Notes: a model not told the origin generated them from the letters alone. A stretch of DNA of 15,042 nt from an uncultured archaeon (GCA_964589775.1 CAZPUN010000028.1:1-15042), one strand, 5' to 3'; positions 7,604 to 15,042 are shown, counted from the first letter of the stretch. Numbers and translations: made by a program.

Positions 7604-9238
7604 TTATGCCTGAACACGACGAGATACAAGTTCAATATACGAGCGGATATCCTCACTCAATATCTCCTTTGGCTTTTGTTTATCTTTTACCTTTGCATAT
7701 CCAGTTGATGCAGCGTAATATGCGTTGAGAATTGGCTTTACGGTATCCACGAGTTTCAAAATTCGTGTAAAATGTTGATTATTAGCCGAGTCATATATAT
7801 TGTTTAACAAATTTTGAGATTCCTTGTTTTTTCCTTGTAATGCATATACTAGCGACTTCACGACCCCTATTTCCATTTTCATAATTTGATTTTTTGTTTT
7901 CTCAGCTATTTCTTCAGCATGGTCAAGTACCTCTACAGTGGCATCAAATGCATTATTTCTCAATAGGATCTTCAGTTTGATATTGTATGCAAAAATCAAT
8001 GGTTGTACATTATTTGTTTTTTGTGCGATGTCTATGGCTCGTTCTATGAATTGCTCGACATTTTCATCTTTTGAATCTATATTTAGCAATGCTTTTAGTG
8101 AGTATACATATGGATTCTCGGTTTCATTTATGAATTTCAGATATTCCTCAAATGAGCGCATAGCTTCTTTTGAATATCCCGCACTAAACTCACGAGATAC
8201 TAACTTCGAAAAGACAACATCCGCCCTATTTTTGATATTTTTATCTAAGATTAAGCTTTTTGCATTTCGGATATATTCGATGGATTTTTCGAGATTATTT
8301 TCAATATATTCTATGTCCGAAAGAAGGCACAATGTGTCAATATAGGAATCTATTATCTGCGCATTTTTTACAAACGGAAAAATTTCATTCTGAACAAGTG
8401 TCTTGGCATCTTGGAACTTTCCAGAATTTATGTATACATTTGCTATATTTCCCTCCGCCATCACAAAATTATACGTTAACTTGTTTTGTTTAGATACCTT
8501 AGCAGCCTCTCGCCACGTATCAATTGCGAGATCAACTTTGCCGGAATATGCATAATAGTTTCCCAGATTAATCATGTCTGGAACAAAAAGTGATGGATCA
8601 TTGTTGTCTCGTCCTATCTGGATAGATCTTTTAGAAAACTTTATGGCTTCATCAAGATTTCCAAGTTTAGCGTAGCATCGAGAAGCAATAGATAGAAATG
8701 TTATTTGATTGCTGGGTTCTCCATAATCTAGCAGTTCTAGTCCGACTTTAATCTTCTCTTCTACGTTTTCCATGTCTGAATATAGATACATATACGTCAT
8801 GTCTGATACAATGGTCATTAGCCAAAGTTTTAGTACATTTTCTGCTTTCTTATCATGTTTTGCAAGTTTTCCCAACTTTTCTATTAGTATTGATCGGTCC
8901 CGGATTTTATTATTCTGTAATATAGAATTGATATAATTATTCATACGCATTTCCATTTCGGGTCGAGCATATTGAATAAGTTCTCTATTTCCCGCAATTG
9001 CACCAAAATACGTAGCCCGAGCTAAGAAAAATATAGAACGAAACTCATCGCCGACCTTTCTGAATTCCTTAGATTGTTCAAGAGCATAATTCGCCGCATC
9101 ATTAAATTTTCCTGCTTGTGTAAATTTATCTAATTGCTTCAATACGGCATCAACATTAATTTCCTTTCTCTTGCGATTAAATATATATAATATAACGATG
9201 ATATCAAAAACAAGAAACATCAAAATAAATTCAAGCAT
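7604..9238 (-). CDS. Membrane-anchored tetratricopeptide-repeat (TPR) protein
   Basis: 544 aa. N-terminal hydrophobic anchor (FILMFLVFDIIVILYIF) followed by RKRK. Repeated TPR motifs (CYAKLGNLDEAIKFSKRSI, NLGNYYAYSGKVDLAIDTWREAA, NIANVYINSGKFQDAKT, VYALQGKNKESQNLL). GGTGA SD. Confidence 0.85.
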   Translation of the reverse strand: MLEFILMFLVFDIIVILYIFNRKRKEINVDAVLKQLDKFTQAGKFNDAANYALEQSKEFRKVGDEFRSIFFLARATYFGAIAGNRELIQYARPEMEMRMNNYINSILQNNKIRDRSILIEKLGKLAKHDKKAENVLKLWLMTIVSDMTYMYLYSDMENVEEKIKVGLELLDYGEPSNQITFLSIASRCYAKLGNLDEAIKFSKRSIQIGRDNNDPSLFVPDMINLGNYYAYSGKVDLAIDTWREAAKVSKQNKLTYNFVMAEGNIANVYINSGKFQDAKTLVQNEIFPFVKNAQIIDSYIDTLCLLSDIEYIENNLEKSIEYIRNAKSLILDKNIKNRADVVFSKLVSREFSAGYSKEAMRSFEEYLKFINETENPYVYSLKALLNIDSKDENVEQFIERAIDIAQKTNNVQPLIFAYNIKLKILLRNNAFDATVEVLDHAEEIAEKTKNQIMKMEIGVVKSLVYALQGKNKESQNLLNNIYDSANNQHFTRILKLVDTVKPILNAYYAASTGYAKVKDKQKPKEILSEDIRSYIELVSRRVQA

Positions 9239-9255
9239 CAGAAATTCACCAACCT

Positions 9256-9278
9256 CTCTTCTAATAAATATAGAAGAG
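9256..9278. promoter_or_regulatory. Perfect 8-bp inverted repeat CTCTTCTA-N7-TAGAAGAG between the TATA-like element and the TPR start codon
   Basis: Directly visible. A TATA-like AAATATATA lies on the minus strand at about 9284-9292, so the repeat covers the expected transcription start. Confidence 0.45.
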
Positions 9279-9368
9279 TCTTGTATATATTTATTTTTTG
9301 CATCCGTTTGAAAGATAAGAGGAAAATAGACGCACGCAATAGGAGGTACTGTATTATATTTCCAAGGT

Positions 9369-10040
9369 TCAATCGAAGAATCGACTCAGAGCAAAATCGA
9401 TTATTTTATTACCGTTATGCAAAGCTGGAGACATATGACCCGATAGAATTATTTCAATGTCCAAATCGCTTAGCTTCAAAAGTGATTCATTTAGCATCGT
9501 CTTATCGCCCGTTATGAAATCCCATCGTCCGACACTACCATTTGAAAAAATCGTATCACCGGATATTAAAACCCTATTCTTAGATTCATATAATACTGTA
9601 CTTCCAATTGTATGTCCGGGAGTATGAATCACATTTAATTCAATATTTCCCACACGTATTATGTCACCATCACTAACTGGATTAGTAATTTTTGTTCCAT
9701 CAAATACAATTCCATAAAAAGGACAATACATGTGCTTATAATCTCCAGAATTTACGAGATTAAATTCAGCTTCATGCAAGTATGAAACAAGTTCATCATT
9801 TGCTCGTTTATATATGAATGAATAACCACCAATATGGTCACAATGTGAATGCGTAAAATAATAGTGGGCCTTCTGAAAATCAATTCCAAATTGCGATAAA
9901 GCGTTCAGTAGCATATTAATATTGTTTCCAGTACCAAGATCAATTAGCAAAACATCGTCAAGAGACTTTACCATAATTGTATTTGAATCGCGATAGACAC
10001 CCTCGTAAAAATAGATATTATCCGTAATTTTCTTGAACAT
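9369..10040 (-). CDS. Metallo-beta-lactamase-fold hydrolase (glyoxalase II / YcbL-like)
   Basis: LLIDLG, THSHCDHIGG (HxHxDH), HTPGHT, LISGDT and LSGH metal ligands. Start at ATG10040 with SD GGTGG. Confidence 0.92.
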   Translation of the reverse strand: MFKKITDNIYFYEGVYRDSNTIMVKSLDDVLLIDLGTGNNINMLLNALSQFGIDFQKAHYYFTHSHCDHIGGYSFIYKRANDELVSYLHEAEFNLVNSGDYKHMYCPFYGIVFDGTKITNPVSDGDIIRVGNIELNVIHTPGHTIGSTVLYESKNRVLISGDTIFSNGSVGRWDFITGDKTMLNESLLKLSDLDIEIILSGHMSPALHNGNKIIDFALSRFFD

Positions 10041-10100
10041 GTCAAATCCACCGAAATAGGGTTGATAAATCAAGAAAAAAAGATTTGTGATGGCGGATTT

Positions 10101-11255
10101 TTAGATATCAATCTGATACATTCTCCAAGTTTTATATCTAACTCCACCCCACTTTTCAGCAGATTTTTGAGAGGGAATATTCTCTTCAAGGATCCACCCA
10201 TAATCAACATCTGTGTAGCCGCGTTCTCGCATCGTCTTAAGTGCAAGATAATTCATGTAAGTTCCATAGCCTTTTCCACGATGTTCTTTCTTTAATGCCA
10301 TGCCCATGGACTTTCCGCGAGTTATGCTACGCTTATAGAACAAGAATCTGATATAATCAATTGCTCCAAAGTTTGGACCGATCCTTCGCATTATCTGGCC
10401 ATAATCTGGAACCATTAAGCGGTAACCTATCGTCTCGCCATCTTTCTTGATCATAAAGAATAATTCGCGGTCTATCAAGATTTTCAAGTCATGCATTAAA
10501 TATTCGAGTTCCTCGATACTTTCTCTGCTGAATCCCCAATGCCCTCGAAATGCTTCGAGCGTAATTTCTGCCCATTCTCTAACATTCTTATCGAAATCCC
10601 CTGCCATTACATAACTTATTGAAATAGAATCGTCGTTCTCAATGCGTTTGACAGTCTCCATTACGCGTTCTGGAATTGGTTTGGTTAGATCTATCTTGTA
10701 TCCATAGAGATCCTTAAACTTTTCAAACCCATACTGTTCTGTTAATCGCTTATAGTATGGTAGATGATATCCTGAGAATGCTCTTTGCTCGACATCATAT
10801 GCATTTTGTAAGAACCCTGCAGGATTCTCGATAGTCAAATCTAATGGACCAATCATTGTGGTTATGTTTTGTGTTGAAAGCCATTCCTTACAAGCATCAT
10901 ATAAAGCCTTGAATACATCATAATCGTTTATAGCTTCAAAGAGACCAAAGAAGCCATTTCGCGCATTCTCAATTCGATTCATGTTATGATCGATAAATAC
11001 AACTGCTCTCCCCACATAATGACCGTTTCGTTCTGCAAGTAATAGATGTGCCTCTGCATAGTTCCAGAAGGGATATCGCTCACTGAATAGAGATTCATCA
11101 TAACCGGGTAATGGTGGTGCCCAGTATGGATTTCCCTCATATATTTTAACGGGTACTTGCTTAAATTTCTTAAAAAGGCTCTTATTAGTAACCTCTTTTA
11201 TTTCAACGTCTCCTGATTTGAAAGAAAAATTAAGCACAGACTTATTGAATATCAT
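10101..11255 (-). CDS. Tandem-GNAT N-acyltransferase, YghO / bacterial ceramide synthase (bCerS)-like family
   Basis: Family motifs IYEGNPYWAPPL, VGRAVVFID, GFFGLFEAIND, MIGPLDL, YHLPYYKRL..GFEKFKDLYGY, GHWGF, acyl-CoA loop EHRGKGYG, GWILEEN, GGVRYKTWRMY. Strong GGAGGT SD. Confidence 0.82.
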   Translation of the reverse strand: MIFNKSVLNFSFKSGDVEIKEVTNKSLFKKFKQVPVKIYEGNPYWAPPLPGYDESLFSERYPFWNYAEAHLLLAERNGHYVGRAVVFIDHNMNRIENARNGFFGLFEAINDYDVFKALYDACKEWLSTQNITTMIGPLDLTIENPAGFLQNAYDVEQRAFSGYHLPYYKRLTEQYGFEKFKDLYGYKIDLTKPIPERVMETVKRIENDDSISISYVMAGDFDKNVREWAEITLEAFRGHWGFSRESIEELEYLMHDLKILIDRELFFMIKKDGETIGYRLMVPDYGQIMRRIGPNFGAIDYIRFLFYKRSITRGKSMGMALKKEHRGKGYGTYMNYLALKTMRERGYTDVDYGWILEENIPSQKSAEKWGGVRYKTWRMYQIDI

Positions 11256-11290
11256 TATTTAACCTCCAAATAAAAATATGACAAAAAATT

Positions 11291-11298
11291 TTTATAAA
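11291..11298 (-). promoter_or_regulatory. Putative TATA box of the GNAT-MBL genes
   Basis: TTTATAAA 36-43 nt upstream of ATG11255, with an A-rich BRE-like stretch upstream. Confidence 0.4.
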
Positions 11299-11569
11299 GT
11301 TTAGTATTTTTTATTTATAAAAATAAATCCAATATCTACGAAATTTTCTCTCATAATAAATATCATATGAATTTTTATTTAAAAAATGCAAGAATTATTA
11401 TATTTTTTATTAATTCTTAAAATTTAGCTTTTTTCGATATTCGGAAATTTTGATAACAAAAATAGAAACAAAAATCACATACAAAAAATTCATATAAACA
11501 TTCTAAATAAAAATATCATTTAGAAATACTTTAATCGATAATAATTAAAACTATTATAACTAATGAGGA

Positions 11570-12376
11570 TTGATAAATATTAACGAAATTAATGATGAAT
11601 TATTGGAAATACATGAAAATATATTATGCCCGAAATGTGGTGAGGAAATCAAGTTAGATATTGAAATATCAATTAACGAGTTTAAAAAATTTCCAATAAT
11701 GAACTTTTTCATTCCTCATAAGAATTATGAAAAGATACTACAAGTAGGAATTGATAAGGATAAGAACATAAAGATCAATAGGTGCTTTGAGCTTTCTTAT
11801 CAAAATGATGATAATGTTAATTTTCGAGATATTTTTAATAACATTATCTTTAATCCAATAAACGGAATTGATAAGGTGATACGTGCGATAATTCTAGGAG
11901 AAAAAATCTATATAAAAGGCGAGCAGAGACTAGTATCAAATTTCTTGAGAGGTCTGCGATATTTTACAGAATCAGCTGAAAAGCAGATAGCACTTCAAAC
12001 ATATACTCATGAAAATCCCGTTCTAGTAGATTTAGATCGAAGAAAGATAAAAAATGGTCATGAGTGCAAGTTTCTAAAAACTATTTTGAAGCGTCTGGAA
12101 ACATATCCCCTACTGAATTTGGATCAGATAGTTACGTCTCTCGTGCAGCGACTGTATTCAGAGATATACACAATTAATGCTGCGATTAAAAATCAAAAAT
12201 TGAACTCCAAGCTTGTTTATTTGATAGCAAATCACTTGTATGAACTGTATTCTTATTATGAAGCTCTTCTTATTTTAGATGCCACTGTATCGCGATTTCC
12301 CGAATATACTCGATTTATCGATTCTGTAAAAGCCATCTTGAAAAAGAAAACATTTGAAGATCTTTTCAGAATCTGA
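11570..12376 (+). CDS. Hypothetical protein: N-terminal CPxC Zn-finger-like domain plus DENN-like (c/d-DENN) region
   Basis: 268 aa. LCPKCG...PH....ILQVGID, followed by IDKVIRAIILGEKIYIKG..LVSNFLRGLRYF..PVLVDLDRRKI..KFLKTIL, which resembles DENN core motifs. The start codon is uncertain (TTG abuts the GAGG). Confidence 0.6.
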   Translation: MININEINDELLEIHENILCPKCGEEIKLDIEISINEFKKFPIMNFFIPHKNYEKILQVGIDKDKNIKINRCFELSYQNDDNVNFRDIFNNIIFNPINGIDKVIRAIILGEKIYIKGEQRLVSNFLRGLRYFTESAEKQIALQTYTHENPVLVDLDRRKIKNGHECKFLKTILKRLETYPLLNLDQIVTSLVQRLYSEIYTINAAIKNQKLNSKLVYLIANHLYELYSYYEALLILDATVSRFPEYTRFIDSVKAILKKKTFEDLFRI

Positions 12377-12504
12377 TTCTTAGAATCCACGAGAAAAGCA
12401 CAAGTTTAAAATAAGCATATTATAAATATGTGTTATTCAATTGACATATACATAATCGAGCTTAAGCATTTAGTATAACGAGATTAAATTTGAGGTTGAA
12501 AAGC

Positions 12505-13419
12505 GTGTCCGTACAATCCGATGAGGCATACACAATCTTAGTTCATGGATTCCAAGTAGCATATGATTCAGACCGTGGAATAAAGCAGATGGAGCCAATT
12601 GCAGAATACCTACGGCAAAATGGGCACTCCAATACTTTGATTTTTCCGCTGTATCATAATGCGGATTTAACAACACCTATTGCAGGGGATTCCGTAGTTA
12701 TCCGCAGTGGATTTAGAGTACGTCGTATCTTCTGGGACAAAGATACATCTCTTGCAAAACGACTTGAATTTTTCATTCAGCAAAATGTTCCAGATGGTAG
12801 CCCCATCAACTTTGTTGCCCATTCAATGGGGGGACTTGTAGTCAGATCGTTGATAAAATATTTCTCAAGTGAAGGCGTAGTCAATGGAGAACATAAAATC
12901 AAAAACGCAATACTAATCGCAACACCCAATAAAGGAACTGAAATCACAAAATTCATGCAGGAGCTTTCAGACCTCAGAAATAATAATAGTCTTACATATA
13001 CGATTTTCCGAGAAGTCATTGAAAGGTTAATTGGAATCGATCTCGACATGCTAACAAATCTCGTTATTTCACTAAAAGATGGCGATCCATATCAGACAGC
13101 GATTCAAGTCTGGGAAATTATGACTGAAAAGGAAATTCAACACTACAAGGAAGAAGGAATCGACTGGAATCACTCGTTTTCATATCGCTTAAACGAAGGC
13201 GGTGAAGCTCTATATGATATTGCATATTATACAATTTCTGGGACCAAAGGATCTATCGTAAGCCCATTACTACATGGCAAAGATGATGGTGTGGTTCCAT
13301 TAGATAGCACATACTTGAAAGGTTCAAAAGGGCATTGGGAATTCGAACTTAATCATGATGAACTCTTAAATGACAAACAAGTCCATGATATTATTCTCGA
13401 AATTTTGAATTCTCACTAA
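12505..13419 (+). CDS. Alpha/beta-fold lipase/esterase (PGAP1/lipase-like)
   Basis: Oxyanion motif ILVHGF, nucleophile elbow VAHSMGG, IATPNKGT, catalytic Asp in DDGVVP, His in NHDEL. GTG12505 lies 8 nt after GAGGT; TTG12490 is an alternative start. Confidence 0.9.
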   Translation: MSVQSDEAYTILVHGFQVAYDSDRGIKQMEPIAEYLRQNGHSNTLIFPLYHNADLTTPIAGDSVVIRSGFRVRRIFWDKDTSLAKRLEFFIQQNVPDGSPINFVAHSMGGLVVRSLIKYFSSEGVVNGEHKIKNAILIATPNKGTEITKFMQELSDLRNNNSLTYTIFREVIERLIGIDLDMLTNLVISLKDGDPYQTAIQVWEIMTEKEIQHYKEEGIDWNHSFSYRLNEGGEALYDIAYYTISGTKGSIVSPLLHGKDDGVVPLDSTYLKGSKGHWEFELNHDELLNDKQVHDIILEILNSH

Positions 13420-13477
13420 ATGAAAAACTAAAACAACAATACATATTTTTGTAATTAAAAAAGTAAAGAATCATGAA

Positions 13478-14017
13478 TCAAATTTCATAGATTATGTACT
13501 CGTTATACGGATCCCCTTTCGCCTCGCATTTTGTTTCTTCGACTGTCAATTCCTTTTTTATCCCGGCTTGCTCTAACCAGCCTTTGATCAAGGACATAAC
13601 CGATGTGATAAAGTAACATTTGGATTCTGTAGCGTCCTTATGATATGTATCCGTAATGTAAGCATCCTTCACGCGTATCATAATCTTCAGCGGCTCTTCC
13701 TGATAATCATACTCAATTATGTTTCCCCAGCCACGAATCTCCAATGAAAATATGTAATTCTTTATCTTCTCCTCCAATGAACTCTCTTGCTGGAATGAAT
13801 CAAATATTTGATTACCCAAAATTTTTCCAGCTTCCTCAGAGGAATTTTGTATCACAACATACGTTCCTTCAGCCCCAATAATATTCTCCATATTCTTTTG
13901 AATTTGACCTAACCAAAGCGATGGCACAATTAATAATCGTACGCCATTATATAGAATCTTACCGTCTTTATATTCCAGATGATTTAAGAAATCTCTAAAT
14001 TGATCTTCAGATAACAT
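13478..14017 (-). CDS. Stand-alone V4R-domain protein (XylR-N/V4R; Bet3/H-NOX fold superfamily)
   Basis: DGKILYNGVRLLIVP, RGWG, KCYF, VEETKCEAKGDPYNEY. GGAG SD. Confidence 0.88.
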   Translation of the reverse strand: MLSEDQFRDFLNHLEYKDGKILYNGVRLLIVPSLWLGQIQKNMENIIGAEGTYVVIQNSSEEAGKILGNQIFDSFQQESSLEEKIKNYIFSLEIRGWGNIIEYDYQEEPLKIMIRVKDAYITDTYHKDATESKCYFITSVMSLIKGWLEQAGIKKELTVEETKCEAKGDPYNEYIIYEI

Positions 14018-14189
14018 ATACCCACACTCCTTTTAATTTTGAATTTTGTGAAATTGAAAATTATTTTAAAATTTTTTGAAATATGCTTTTAAATAAATTA
14101 CAAAAATACAAATATTTATCTAATCCATAATAAAATAATAAAAAGATTAAAATCTTCATATAAAATTTTTATATATAGCATACTCACAT

Positions 14190-14555
14190 CATTGGGATTC
14201 GCGGCTCTGCCTATATACTGCTATGGGATAGGCATTTCACGCATACATCTGCCTTGTTTCGATGAGGAATCTTGCAGGTAGTTCTAATTTTTCCGAGAAT
14301 GATTCTAGATGCGATATATTCGACTAGCACTACATTCTAAATCCCCACTTGTTGTATATGACCCGATATTCCTATCCTCTCGCTCCATCCGCTTGATGAA
14401 TTTCTGCAAGAACCGGGTTTTTCTGTTCCCGGAGCTTGCGTGATGCGTATGGTTCGTTCAACTGTATCTCCTATGCGAGCTTCTAATTCCTTTTCCAAAT
14501 ACTTCATAGCAGCCTCGCGGTCCACAAAAACGTTGTTGATCTTTGCTCTCGCCAT
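14190..14555 (-). pseudogene. Frameshifted, truncated archaeal P-loop ATPase (ATPase_2/AAA_16-type N-terminus)
   Basis: ATG14555: MARAKINNVFVDREAAMKYLEKEL...TIRITQAPGT. Restoring one G at about 14423 gives Walker A APGTGKT then RFLQKFIKRMERED, with a stop at 14305. Coding-like sequence fades into AT-rich DNA near 14180-14190, so that end is approximate. Confidence 0.78.
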
Positions 14556-14622
14556 ACGCCCACTTACCACACCTAATAATAGATTTGAATGTATTTAAAC
14601 AATTTGAAAAAAGAGAGCGGCA

Positions 14623-15040
14623 CTATGAAGAACAAATTAAAATCTGCTGAGGATAACGATTACTTTTTAGGTCTATATTTTGTAGATTCTCTTGCAGCAT
14701 TTTCTGAAGTCGCCCCGGTAGCTATTGCTCCGGTATTTTCGTGAGTGTTACGGGTTTTTCAGTTCTAACTGTTCAGCAGATTCAAACATTAGAAATTACT
14801 TTTCAAATATTGTATGAGAGCCTCTTTGTTGTACGTTATACAGTATAAAGCTATTGCAGTCATATCCGTATCAAGCAGGAGCGTTGCTACATCAATATAC
14901 CACCATGCCACCATATAATCCCAGAGATCTGATACAGTATGCCGAATTCCTTCCACAAGGATCTTGAAACATTTACGCATAGATTGCTCATCGCGAAATA
15001 CTATACAACGAGGCCATATACGCTTACAGTCCCATCGTCT
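14623..15040 (-). pseudogene. Probable decayed or 5'-truncated gene of unknown function
   Basis: The frame is open from 15040 to TAA14789 (...MRKCFKILVEG...EALIQYLKSNF). Coding-like fragments continue in shifted frames (MFESAEQLELK; PVTLTKIPEQ*LPGRLQKMLQENLQNIDLK). No recognisable motif. Confidence 0.35.
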
Positions 15041-15042
15041 GA

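Noticed and set aside
9341-9347. Strong SD-like AGGAGGT on the plus strand
   Set aside because: No ATG, GTG or TTG at a proper spacing, and any ORF would run antisense into the MBL gene.
6070-13049. ORFs 6070-6264, 6078-6527, 7938-8345, 8260-8493, 9281-9517, 10062-10295, 12470-12676, 12777-13049
   Set aside because: Antisense shadows of motif-supported genes.
14337-14339. Possible TAG (pyrrolysine) read-through extending the 77-aa ORF by about 40 codons
   Set aside because: The Walker A motif shows the true frame shifts upstream at about 14423, and there is no Pyl context.
14415-14426. Programmed -1 frameshift at ACA GAA AAA CCC
   Set aside because: Slippage would give GTEKT rather than GTGKT, and the downstream frame soon stops. 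A simple deletion is more parsimonious.
14625-14744. 39-aa plus-strand ORF (MKNKLKSAEDNDYFLGLY...)
   Set aside because: Short, no motif, and it overlaps minus-strand decayed coding sequence.
1-15042. Window ends TCAGAGGA... and ...TCGTCTGA look like short terminal inverted repeats
   Set aside because: Only a 7/8 match, both ends cut through coding-like sequence, and there is no transposase or integrase.
1-15042. tRNA, rRNA, CRISPR arrays, IS elements, selenocysteine read-through
   Set aside because: No cloverleaf, repeat-spacer array or transposase motif was seen, and the TGA stops fall at natural protein ends.

Overview
AT-rich archaeal window with GGTGA/GGAGG Shine-Dalgarno motifs, TATA-like promoters and T-tract terminators. 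The protein types (longin-wHTH fusion, HSYKGG-type MinD, DENN-like ORF, stand-alone V4R, membrane-anchored TPR) point to an Asgard archaeon; this is inference. Left to right: 3' end of a possible PD-(D/E)xK-fold gene; a P2-type ATPase whose membrane ion-binding site is heavily rewired (PEGL->PINI, D800->H); an Atg22/UMF1 MFS transporter; an FlK-type thioesterase; a frameshifted zinc-ribbon mini-gene missed by the ORF track; a MinD/ParA + longin-wHTH operon preceded by a palindromic site; a membrane-anchored TPR protein; an MBL hydrolase; a YghO/bCerS-like GNAT; a Zn-finger + DENN-like protein; an alpha/beta hydrolase; a V4R protein; and a decayed right end containing a frameshifted P-loop ATPase pseudogene. 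No rRNA, tRNA, CRISPR or IS element was recognised. Best leads: the P-type ATPase of unknown substrate and the MinD/longin-wHTH(/TPR) module. All family calls come from motif recognition by eye, with no database searches.
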